Source: Laetmonice hystrix (lineage: Eukaryota). From it: 64,000 nucleotides of DNA. Of the stretch, positions 12,710 to 24,830 are shown piece after piece; the first letter of the stretch is position 1; each line of letters begins with the position of its first letter. The stretch covers positions 14,942,001-15,006,000 of the forward strand of contig OZ249450.1 of the NCBI GenBank assembly GCA_965235115.1. The letters run 5' to 3'. The notes beneath the pieces are model-generated. The model saw only the letters and a list, made by a program, of their open reading frames with translations, was not told where the DNA came from and ran no database searches. Position numbers and translations under genes: made by a program.

Positions 12710-15020
12710 TATATATCCATGTATTTATTATGCTCCTGTGTATGTCCCACTGCTTATAATGTACATGTGGTGTATCTGGGATGGAGGTCTTGATATATCC
12801 TATGTATGGATGGGTGTTATATATGTAGTATGGACGTTTGTCTGTATATAAAACCGTACGACCCGTGTGTACCCGTAAACAGAAAGCTAGTCGATCACAA
12901 ATGATCTATGTTCTCACTGACAGACAATGTACGCGTTGGGGCCCGGCGGTGCCTGCCTTGAATGAACACTTTGAACCCATTCTGTTTTCATCAAGGTCCA
13001 TGTATAATGCATAATTCCATTGTCCTAACATTGACGGTAATGGCTGAATTCTGGTTCCACGCCGTAACCATTAAACCCGCTAACAATTGCTGTCCTTTTT
13101 ATGTTAGTCTTGCCGAGTCTATGGACACAAATCTCTGCCTGGCCTCAGGCAATACGTCAAATGAAAAAAAAAACTCTTTCACCAATGGAGGCTGCATGCC
13201 TTGTGATATATTTTTAATCAGTGTAATAGAAACGGAAACATCCAGTATGGGACCGTTCTACAGAGAGCTAAGTGGGGCAGCTATTTATAGCACAGAACCG
13301 TGCTCATCATTAAACCTCTGCCTCCTCCTCCTCCTATCCCTCCCATGGGATAATCCTAGGCATCCCTTGGGTTCTAAACGAGCCGCTCCTCCCAAGGGTT
13401 TCCGAAGGAAGGCGCGACAATGACGCTATTGAGCCGCCGGCGGTCGCGATTTATCCACACTTGGACAATGTCACGGGGGTAGGTGAGGGGGGAGGGGTTT
13501 AATATACGTGCATAGAGCAGGTTCTTGGACATTCATCAAAATGTACCCCGGCCTGCCGACGACCTACCTATACCTCCCGTCTCACCATACCCTCCCCCTC
13601 CCTCCCCGCGACACGCTGCGGTCCACAGACCCGGCGATATCCCGTGCTAAGACTGGTGTCCCAGCATCTAGAGTAGGCCGGTTCTGTTGACAGGCCTCTA
13701 CCACGAGGCGGGACCGCAGCCATTCGTCTCGCCGCCATCGGTCCAGCCGCAGTCGGCGTGCTGGCGAGTGGGTCCCGGCGCTGCACCCACCTGACATCAG
13801 TCATCGGCCAGCCACCTCACAACACGCTGCCTTAACTACCTCAATAGCGCACACCGGTGGCTTCCATACGGCCCAGTCGAGGAAGCCAGTCGAGGAAGCC
13901 AGTATCAGACCGGCCAACGGACCCGAGTAGCATTAGCCGAGGCCGTAGATGAATGGGGCCCGATGTTTTTGCTTGCCTGTGTTCAAAACGACGTTTGCTC
14001 TTGTTGTCGTCAGGTGACTCCTGTGAGCAACTCCTGTGGCTATACTCCTGAACAAAATACGGTCCAGTTTATGCTTTTACTTTCTTACATACATAGCATG
14101 TACGCATACATGCATGTCGCACCGCCAAGCAAATCTTCAAACCTTGCAAGTAACAGATTTAGTTTTTACTTGCTGCATATTTTCGTTCGTCTCTTTTCAG
14201 ACGTACTCTTCAATATTGGTGCGTGCGATCTGAAAGTGTCAGCCATTACAAGACCGAGTCAGATGGGACTGAAGCAACCATTCACCAGACGACAGGCTCC
14301 TCCACCTCAACCATCACGTGTCGACCAATCGGAATTCAGCACCACTCTATTCCCTTTGTCACCAGTCCATTTAGCGTTACCATATGTCACCCCAGACTCT
14401 TCATAAACATGGTGCCTCACGCGTGCCGTCATGTATATTCACCCCTCGACACTAACGTCTTGTGACTTTTTATTCCTTTCTCAATCCGGAGTCCTAGCTT
14501 GACGGAATCCGTAGCAGGTACACTGCTGTCTATAACTGATTTTTCTTAAGAAAGAAAAAGAAGGAAAACGAAAAAAAAAGAAGAAAAACGACAGAAATAA
14601 CTCGAAAGGTGTGGATATTGCCACACAAACATTATGTTGTGGAACTCATGCACATCCTTTCTAAATTAGAAAAAAAACATTCTCTTTGAATCACTGAGGG
14701 GAAAAACGACACAAGAACTTCCGTCGCTATATACACAAAGGCGTGATGGTGAAAACCCGACGAAAGAGGACGTTTTCTTGCTGAGCCGCCCACATATACA
14801 ATCCATCAACTACCCTCTCCTGAGCCAGTGATGACAATTTTAGTGCCTATTTCTTTTTATATGATATATTTTCTCCATTCTGTTGGATCAAACTGAAATG
14901 CTCATAGAGGATTTATCGAAGTAACGGTTTTCTGTCTCCGACTTCACACCCCATGATGGCTTTCTCTACAGCAGGCTGACCGGCTTGCCGTACCACAACC
15001 GAACAGTTTTTTAAAAATGA

Positions 15021-15191
15021 TTTTCCGTTGGTCTACTGGTGGATCTCGGTGGTTGGCCTCCGGACACCGTTCTCTTTGTGTCACTTGGTGAAGAGGACAT
15101 CACCGAGGAGACAGTTTGGATGCGACATGGAACAATGAAATGGCCTGCTCAAGTCGTGGTAAACACGCCAGAGTGGAGAGTTTGGGCATGA
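15021..15191 (+). pseudogene. Stop-bounded coding-like fragment with a possible PWWP-like start
   Basis: The frame reads FSVGLLVDLGGWPPDTVLFVSLGEEDITEETVWMRHGTMKWPAQVVVNTPEWRVWA*. VWMRHGTMKWPAQV loosely resembles the PWWP motif VWAK..G..WPA.V. Resemblance is by eye only. Confidence 0.25.
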
Positions 15192-15920
15192 ACCAGAGGT
15201 CTTGTTGATCATGTGACCTCTGCTATTCCTTCAATGTAAACAAACATTTTATCTCAAGTGGAAAATACGCTCACGTATGTGTCGATTAGATGTGACTGCG
15301 TGAGGAATTGCTTATTCGACAGGGACATTTTTAACGAATACCCACATGATATATCTATTGATTTTTCCCTCATTTACAGCTAAATGTGTACATTAGCGCG
15401 GTGTAAGACTAATCGTTATAGATGTTTCCGACGCCAAAAATATCGGCAGCCTTCGTTTGCAATACGATAATCTCGTAATGTTCAACAAATAAAACCCACC
15501 CCGCCAAGACTGTCGCGCATCTACTTATATCGGCCTGACGTAGGCATCTAGAACTACAGCTGGCAAGCAAGGGATTAAAATGTTGTGATGATTTAAATGA
15601 GAGTTATGCTCGTTGAGTGTGTACTAGACGAGGGTGATGCCCTCCTTCCAATACGAACGGAATGCGGTCCGTGGGCCCTGATTATTTACAACCGACCGTG
15701 TTTTAATCTCAGTGTTTAAGCTTAGCGTAAAGGCCCACAGAGCGTATTATTTCTCCGCTAGCGTTTAGAAATTATTCCTTCGGTAGCTGTATATAATGGA
15801 CACGGGCACATTTAAATCTCCAGACGATAACGGGTATTCTCTCTGGTCTAACCAGAAAACATACCAACAGGACGATCAGTCATCCGCTCTTTTATTTTCT
15901 CTATGGATTTTCCCTTCCAG

Positions 15921-17664
15921 CCACAATGTCCGATAGGCGACGCGTCTTGACTGCCTGGCACGACAGTTATCTGGCGTTGAGACTGAAGGTCTAGGTTTGT
16001 TATTGTAACACGGCCTGATATCTGCTCACTCGTCTCGGTCCCTGCGGCCCGGGCCCGCCTCAGAACCAGCACGCCATCGGCTGAAGACGCTTGATGGCAT
16101 GTTGAAGAGGAGACTAGGAGCGGGTGGTGATACCGTGGCGCTGCGTAGTGGGTAACTGAGGCAAGCACCTCGCCCACACGCGTCACTGATAACGATATGA
16201 AAAGGTCAGTCACACTGCATGGCTGTGTGGGCCGGGATCTGTGTTCTCCCATTGTAAGAATACCGAGTAGCTACAGCTGCAGGAGCTACAGGAGCTACAA
16301 CTGCAGGAGAAGCAGCAGCTTCCTCTGCCGTGTTTCCCCGGCCGTGAAGCGCGGCCGTGCCTTGCAGCCACCACGGACCCACGCTCACGCTGACACACCA
16401 AAATCGATGACTCTGGTGTGAAGATCCACACTTTCATGAATATTGCATGGGGGGAAAAAGTTTGGCCGTGTAGCCTGCTCCCCTGATGGAGTCTCGGCGG
16501 AGTTTGCCATTGCCACCCGTCACTCCTTGGCGGCGAACCTAAATAAGCAGTGGAGTGCCATAAATCGGTACGGGCGTGACCAGCACGCCCAGAGAGCTGC
16601 GGAATGCTGGCGGCCAGCAAAGGCCGAGCGAAATATTCCTAGTCCATCGGCAACATCACGGCGCTTGTATAAAGACAAATAATTCAATTCCGACCAACCG
16701 CCAGCGTCAATACTGCGGCTTTATATGGATATGTGCAAACGTTGCTAGGTGGCCAGGTGACTGAACTGTTGGCCGGATAACTTCCAAAAGAAAAATTGTC
16801 GGCACTACAGTTACAACTTACCTTGCACGCACACGAAGAGGATGTCTCCAAGATCCTTGAACCAGTGATGTGTCTTATGATTTTTCATTAAACACCCATA
16901 GCCCTTGATTCACTATGGGAATCAATGAAAAATGTTGCGAATACTTGTCATATAAAATTGCTATATTTGAATATTTCTGACATAGGGGATGATATCTTGC
17001 CTTGGTTGGGATTGAGGGGAGGAAGGGCCATTTTATGAGCTCCTCTCGAAGAAGCTCACACCCTGGTAGGGCGCCATGGGAAGGGCGGATATTAGTCGGG
17101 GCAGGACACCGTCCCCACAGTACGAGGCGGCGTCGCATAGGTCATTATCTCGTCATTCTACGACTATTTGTCATCCAAGATCTGAAGTTATTTCCCCATT
17201 TTGACAGTTCTCTGTACCCATATTACAGCAGCCCCAGCCAGTATATTGCTTTGGCATCAGGCGCTGTTCAACGGAGTGTTAGCAATGTCCTCTAAATTCG
17301 GCATGCAATGAAACTCTAGCGGCCGCAAACCCTTCTCCGTTAACTAAACCTTTCCATGAACCTGAACATGAATGAAAATCACAGCAATATTTGTAAAAAA
17401 TCTTGAACTCTCTACCCTTCCTACCCTCGCAATACAGGTAATAACATGTTTCATTTTTTTTCTTACAGACTACTTCCAGTTTTCTTTAAACAGGTGAATA
17501 TTTCATTGTAGCCTTTCCTGAAACGCTAACATCTTTTGGAACAACTAGACGCTGATTTATGGATCGATCTTCTTCGGACTGTAAACAAGAAGAAAGAGAG
17601 CGTTGTGGCTGTGAGCTGTGCAGTGGGCAAGCCAGATTGGTTTGTCCTCAATGTTGATTGCTAA
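15921..17664 (+). pseudogene. Candidate decayed multi-exon gene
   Basis: Pyrimidine-tract acceptors lie at 15920, 16985, 17207 and 17468. ATG at 15926 (CCACAATG) gives MSDRRRVLTAWHDSYLALRLKV*. Protein-like stop-interrupted frames follow, e.g. TAALYGYVQTLLGGQVTELLAG*LPKEKLSALQLQL and DADLWIDLLRTVNKKKESVVAVSCAVGKPDWF. No consistent spliced ORF could be built. Confidence 0.25.
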
Positions 17665-20640
17665 GCCGTTTGTCGATTCGGGGACAACAGTTCCCGGACA
17701 GGAGTTTCCATTAATACTCGCAGACAATTGGCCTCATTCTAAGGAGAGCAGCCAACCTTGGCCGTCATTTCACCTCAATTAAATGTTAGTCTTAACAAGA
17801 GGCTCTTTTGTTAGAACTGGTGTGTGTACACACACCGCGCCACCCATCTCTGCGCACAGGCTAACTCAAGTACGCACACACGCCATGCTCATGCATGATG
17901 TACTCAAGCGCAAATATTACATGCATTCATTTGATTAAATAATACAGGACAGAGCACAGCAATCAGGTGCATGTGCCGGAATTTTCGCAGTCGAAAAGTA
18001 GTTATTATCCAAGCAAAAAGACTGTTAAAGAAAGGAACGTAAACTTCATGTCCTGACTCGTTTGAAATTTTTGAAAGATTTCAATATGGCATGCATCTTC
18101 CTTCACGTGGCACAAAGATGCAATTGTTGAAAATAGTTTCATCATTTCCTCGACTACAACACACTTCGATCGCACTGAGTAATACGTCAATGCCCGGCCA
18201 AGTGCCTCCACTAGGCCTGACCATTCACCGGATATGGCTGTCGTTACCTCCGACATTATTCCAGGAAGCGCTTCCCTTGGTCATTACTTATGACCGGAAG
18301 TGCTACTAGCGTTCCCATGGGTACCAATGAGACGACGATATTTACCATTCGAAAAGTACGTTGCTCGTATCCGGCCGACTACGTTCCTGATTTCAACTCT
18401 ACTTTGAAAAACAATAAACATGGGCACTGCCCCGCATGGCTCGTCCTGAAATCAGAGTCTAGAACCCGTGATTATCATTCAGTGCACCAGTGCCGCGTCT
18501 TGATTCCATTGCCCATCTCCTCCAACAATTCCACCCAGCCCCAGTCTTTTCATTAGGCAGAGGGGGCTATCCCAGACGAGAAGAAGCAATAATATGCCGC
18601 CGTCGGAAATGAAGAATGTGTGCAACATATCTACAACTGTCCGTACTGCGCACCGGGGCAACGGGCAGTAATCGTATGTGGTTCGGATGGAAGGCCTCCG
18701 AAGTGCCTACAATGAATGAGAAGATACGGGGCAATGGGGGAATGTCCGGCCCTTGTACGACCGAGATGGTTTACGGACGTCGATCGCCTCCTAATGACAG
18801 TATTAACTAGAAATCTGTTTATGTGTCTGTCACGTAAATACCCCTAACAACAACTCCGATATTGAGGTCTCGAGACGTCACCTGGACGTTTACGTCACAA
18901 CTTCGCGGGTCCAATTCATTTATCAATATACCTACCTCGGAGAAAAGCCCATCTTCTTAAGGCAGGCATCCCAAGGCTAATAGATTATCACATATTCTTT
19001 AGTGCTAATTCTCTTGACTTCGCAGCATAATTATATATCTTCCCGGGAAGTAATTTGACGCCAAAGCTGACAACACCTAAAGAATTTGAAACAGGGATGT
19101 AATTATTTGCCCATTGCTTCGACGTTGCTTGAAATCGAGCCCTGAGAGTCTGAGGCAAACTTTTCTCCAGTAGAATTCTAAATTATTCATAATCTTAATA
19201 ATCATAATATTTGTTGCAACCGAAATTTCCATCTGAAGATCTAAAAGAAATTTTGACTTCTTCAAGAGCAAGATCAAATCCTGAAGTAGCTCCCAGAAAA
19301 AAAGCTCACTTATTAGGCATTGCTGCATCCCCTTGCGCGTCGAGATTTTAGGCTATTTTTATGGCGATACACGGTTTATAAGCCGTTCAGCCTGTGAGAA
19401 ACATTATGATGATGAGAATGATAAAGAGAGTCCTTGTATAGCCATCCCAGCCGACATAGCTTGAATTTAGTGGATTTACTCTGCCCCCGGGCCCTCACAG
19501 GTCAAGTTTTAAACATGAGCCGATCCGAGGATTTTGGATAAATTATAAATATTATCATTATTGGATGGTAAAAAACGTCAGAACGACCTGTAACCTGAGC
19601 TATTTTCTTGAACTTGTCATTTACGTGGAGTGTATCGAAATAAAAAGGTTACAGTCATCATCATGGTTCGGAATATCACCAAGATTCCAGCGTTTACGTA
19701 CACGAAAGCCTGTCTTTTCCTCTGTGAAAACAGCACCCTCCTTTGGATTGTAGAGTCAACAGTGGGGTCGTTCCTTAACAGACGCCTGGGTAAACAAAGT
19801 GCCAGACTAAGGATTTAGTGCTTGCTTCTCTCTTTATTTAAACTGCCTCCTGGACCTTAAGCCGTGGCGTCTGTGGATCAATGACGCTATGACTCATATG
19901 TACCTGATATTAAAGTATGACTCTGACAATAAATTCTGACTGTAATAAAATGTGTCCGTCGAAAATATCTCATTTGTGTGACATTTGACAATTGTGCAAA
20001 ATATCAAGGTTCAATGTCTTAGAACGACAAAATGCCTTGCGTTTATGTTTCGTTCTGTAAGGCATTGTAAGATGGTCAATCTTAAATTTATTAGTCGATT
20101 ACCTTGTCAGCAGTCTAAAGTTGTGCAGAATTCTTATACAACCGGAGTAGGTCAAAGTGGCGCTACTACGGAAAGAACAACTCTTTGCTAAGTTGGCAGT
20201 CATTAGCAAAGCTTTCATGACAGACACTAAGCCTATAAGCTAACTGCCTTTTCATCGAAAATTCACCTATTATATAGACGCATCAGCTAGCGAGCCGGCA
20301 GCCACTCTCTCACAGTCAAGGCAAACAATAGTTCGTTTACCGCCTCGCACGAAACAACCCCGGAAGAGCTGGGGGAGGGGAGAAAAAAAGGATTGCCTCC
20401 CCGGCTCCGTTTGAGGTTGGTAGATGCCATGGATTGAGCTGTGTGATTCATACACTGTGAAACTAATGTTATTTTCTCAATTTACAGCCAACCTGAGATA
20501 AGTTTCCTACTAAAAACCATCTTGGCACGCACCCTACACATTTATAAATATTGTCTACATAACTGAGCAGATTTGAAAGCGTTCAATCCAGTAAATCCCC
20601 GTTATTATCGGCCGGCAGGTGGCGGTGGCTCTCTGTCTCT

Positions 20641-20643
<3 letters not shown>

Positions 20644-20686
<43 letters not shown>
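20644..20686. repeat. (CT)n microsatellite, about 21 units
   Basis: Read directly; explains the spurious SLSLSL ORFs at 20573-20840. Confidence 0.98.
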
Positions 20687-20689
<3 letters not shown>

Positions 20690-23021
20690 ACCGGGTGGAC
20701 TCAGCACAACCGGAAACACCGCACTAACGGCTACCGTGGCTCAAATATACACTATGCTTCTCTTTAATCCGAGCTTTAGGGCTCTGCTGAGCTGCCATCA
20801 CTGGCGCAGCCCACTAGACCACATTGACACTAATAAATAGTCAGGAGGTGTCGCTATAGTAAGGCAATTGAGTTAAATAGTCACTGGAAACGAGGCTAGC
20901 ACAGGTGATTGGTGAGAAGGGGCGCCCTCTATTGGCGTTGGGTCATAAATGTAGCGGAGCGATCGGTGGGCCCCAATGACACTGATAAAAGAGAAGGGTT
21001 GGAGCCGAGTAAACAGCGACTTGCGATGGGAGGCCAACATACCGGGCTGGGATAAAAATTTACGTGGAGAAAGGTGTCATCGGCGACCTAGTATCAAGTA
21101 AGAGTGAGTGAATGGAAGAAGACTGAGCTATAGAACATTCCAGTAAACAGTTCATGGCTGTAAAATTCAGATTTCAAATCTAATAGGGGCTACCTCTGTC
21201 GTCTACGAAAAAAAACTACAGAAATTCGCCAATCAGAGGGCAAAATATAGGCTTACGAGCGAACATTATAAGTAAAAAAAAATGCCCTTTTCTAAAAATA
21301 TTAATATTAATAACACTACAAGGTTTCGACATAGTCGATCGCTCAAACATGTATAACAGTTTTGCTCTAGACGGTCCTTTGTATGCGAAGCTCCACACGA
21401 TATAGGTCACAACGATGGCAACCATATCCGGAGTGCGCGCGCACCTTGGCCGACACCTGCTGGAGGCGTCATGGCCGCCAATCGGATGTCCTTCACCTTG
21501 GTGAGTATGACGTGCCGCCTCTCCGACCAACCCACTCAGAGGCCACCTGGAGCCTCGCCTGACGAATAGCTGCAGGTTCCGACCCGGACCAGCCGGCCTA
21601 ATTTGACCCGAAAGTCGTAATGAGTCGAAATGTCGACACTGCGGTTACACGCCTGCCGTATATCAAAGAGGAGCCGCCATTAAAGTTTCACAAGATGGCT
21701 GCCAGCTGGTCGAACGACGTAGGAGCGTGTCTGATGGGCCCGGCCGAGACAAACGGCCCGGCAACCATCCCGTGACAGCCACTGAAAGGCGCCTAGACGC
21801 CTGAATTCTGCTTCCCCGCATCCCTTTGAAAACACGCGATATTGGCTGGCGACCGGCGGGAGGAGAGACTAGAGGCCTCTCATAGAAAGCAAGCGCGCCG
21901 GTGAAACGCTGCACTGCAGCGCTCCTTGGCGGAGAAGCGTTCATTGAAAACGACGGCCCAATCCGGCTCATGTAACATCAAAGATACAGGTCGTATGAGT
22001 CCAGAGAAGGATCGCTTGTTTACAAAGGGAACGAGGGCAAGACACGGCCCCTGTTGACGAGATGTACGCCTGTGTCCCACTCGAAAACGTTGAGAAAAAA
22101 GGGCCGGTTAGCTATAGCAATACGTAGATTACAAACGCTTAAGGCAATGCACGTGGCAGTGAATGGTATGTAGCTGGCAGTAAGGCCATGCATCTACATG
22201 ACATGGATGTCCTCTCTTCTTCCGTTTTTTTCCCACGGAGCCCACCATCCACCCTCCCCATAGATTCGCTGCGCCGCTTCAGTTTTTCCAAGGTAATTCG
22301 ATCCTGATACGCTATCTTTCGGCCCGGGATCCTTATTACCTGACCTCTCTCTGAACAGCAACAGGGACTGTAAGTATGGACGGGTTCCAGCCCGTAGCCG
22401 TCTTCAGCGAGTTGTCGTCAAGGCACACAGTGTGTCGGGCATCCCTTCCAGCTATGACGCCTACTATCTGCCAGTCTCAACCGAGCCAATTTTAACCGCT
22501 GAGACACCTACGGTCAGCGAGGCAGCAGATATAAGCAATCGAATTAAAGCACCATGCGCGGCGACATGAAACGCTGTCGATGGGGCCAGCGGATAGCGGC
22601 GGCGCCACAGTCAATGATCTGACTGTAGCGCCCTCCAGCGGAAGTATCCTGCCGATCAACTTGTACCATTCCCTTCCCCTAAGAAATAGGTGTCGATGCC
22701 AGCAACGAAATGGCATTTCAACCACAACGGCGCCCTTAATATTCCTAAGTGATCGAACAGGAAGTGCATTCTGGGCCAGCCAAGAGGCGTAATACTTGGC
22801 GCCGACACTTACCACGGGCCTGAATCATATCCGGTCCGACTTCCGTCATCAACTCTTCGAATCTCTCAATCGACTCTCCACAATGAAATTACATTGACAG
22901 AAATCAAACGGTTGACCTATATCACCCTGCCGCAGGTAGTCATATTTAGGGATGGCAAGCTAGAAGGTTAAAGGAGCAGATATTGCATAAGGATGACGGG
23001 ATGTGAGATGTGGGATGGTTA

Positions 23022-23288
23022 GCACTCTTTTGGGAACGCGAAAGTTCCGTTGTAACGGGTATACTTATTTTGCCCGGATTATCTAATTGCGGATGCTCTA
23101 ATTGGCGCTGTTTGGTCTATTAATAACCAATTTGAGACTAAACTAATACTAACCCTAGGCCTAACCTTAACCCCAACCCAAATATATTGTTTTGTGTCGG
23201 TAATTAGCTAATTTTCATAAAATATACCTCCGGTAAAAATAGGTGTATACCCGTTACAACGGAACTTTCGCGTCCACAAAAAGAGTGC
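23022..23288. mobile_element. MITE, 267 bp, 43-bp TIRs, TA flanks
   Basis: GCACTCTTTTGGGAACGCGAAAGTTCCGTTGTAACGGGTATAC at 23022 matches the reverse complement of the right end with 2 mismatches in 43 bp. TA lies on both sides (23020-21, 23289-90). The core contains CTAACCCTAGGCCTAACCTTAACCCCAACC. Confidence 0.9.
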
Positions 23289-23937
23289 TAACCGATGGGT
23301 TATGCGTAAAAGCATGTCTACTTGTCTGTTCCAACACCAGAGACAGTATCTGCATCCATGACGTATGGGTAGTTTTCACACGCACGTAGAGAGGCCTCTG
23401 TGTGCATACACACGAAGGGGTGTGATTGCATGTGTGTGTGTACATGTTGTACATGTGTACACCCACACATACATGTATGCTTGGATAAGTTTTGTGTATC
23501 CAAAAGATGTAAGGATTGCCTGAAAAAGCGGATCTTCCATTATAAATGATCCACCAAATCGTGTCATGAGAGAAGATTCTAATATGGCTGTATGACTGTT
23601 CTATCGTATGATTGCTATCCAAATTACAGAACACTGGAAGCCGCCGGACCGGGGCCGCAGACGCCAAGCTTCTTAAAAAGTGGCGGGCTGTCAGTGGTGA
23701 GTTTGATACGGGACATCAACTCGACACAGGCACCCGGAGCGTCTTCCACCCTGACCTGACTCCCCGGCAGGTCGCCATGGTGACAGCGACTTTATCCAGC
23801 CCATCGGCATACCACCATCAAACACACCCTTGATCGACCTGGCCCCAGTCTTATTTTGCTAATATTTCCCGACAATTCAGTCATGACGGGCGCTTGTTTT
23901 CCTTAGCGTCTTCGACCGTGTAGTCTCCAAATTCAAT

Positions 23938-24051
23938 TTAGTTTGATTGAATAACGGCCTTGATACGATCTGGTAGCGTCGACAAACGAGTGCATCCCAA
24001 TGACATCTTAATTGTCATGCCTATCACAGTGACAGCCGCCCAGAAATTCAT
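23938..24051 (-). pseudogene. Possible Tc1-type transposase C-terminal relic
   Basis: MNFWAAVTVIGMTIKMSLGCTRLSTLPDRIKAVIQSN*. STLPDRIKAVI resembles the Tc1 end motif SMP.R..AVI. The match is short and no TIRs were found. Confidence 0.25.
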
Positions 24052-24419
24052 TCTCGATCGTCCTTTGCTTGAAGCACAACTTCCTCCACTTGAGTGAAGA
24101 AGACAAAAGACAAACAATAGCAGGGTGACGAACGGACTGGGTTTGTATCACTCAAATATGTTTGAGGAACATGGTATTGTGTTGAAATATTTCAACAGCC
24201 TTGCACTTCATCTCTAAGAGAGAACGATTCTTATAATAATGGTAATTGTTCTCTTTGATGAGCCGGTCATGGTTGTTTCAGGTGTTGATACAGTCGTCTT
24301 CATGGCGAAATGGTTCCCACTGCATCGCCTTCTAATTGAGAAGTCAGCGAACCAGACAGACTATCCAAAAACCAACCAAAAGTCATGTCCAAAACGAGCA
24401 TAGGCTTGTTTTACCGAGG

Positions 24420-24830
24420 CAACCAACACGTGCCCAATGTTCTCCGCCTGTTGTATCATATAAACGATGCTAGCTGCCAACCTACCTGCAGCAGTTTTAC
24501 CGACACAACCAACACGTGCCCAATGTTCTCTGCCTGTTGTATCATATAAACGATGCTAGCTGCCAACCTACCTGCAGCAGTTTTACCAACACAACCAACA
24601 CGTGCCCAATGTTCTCTGCCTGTTGTATCATATAAACGATGCTAGCTGCCAACCTACCTGCAGCAGTTTTACCGACACAACCAACACGTGCGCAATGTTC
24701 TCCGCCTGTTGTATCATATAAACGATGCTAGCTGCCAACCTACCTGCAGCAGTTTTACCAACCAACACGTGCCCAATGTTCCCTGCCTGTTGTATCATAT
24801 AAACGATGCTAGCTGCCAACCTACCTGCAT
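24420..24830. repeat. Minisatellite, 86-bp unit, about 4.8 copies
   Basis: CAACCAACACGTGCCCAATGTTCTC(C/T)GCCTGTTGTATCATATAAACGATGCTAGCTGCCAACCTACCTGCAGCAGTTTTACC starts at 24420, 24506, 24592, 24678 and 24759. Confidence 0.97.

Noticed and set aside
22321-22420. Hammerhead ribozyme on the minus strand (CTGAAGA-stem-GAAC)
   Set aside because: The core has GAAC instead of GAAA, and stems I and III cannot be closed.
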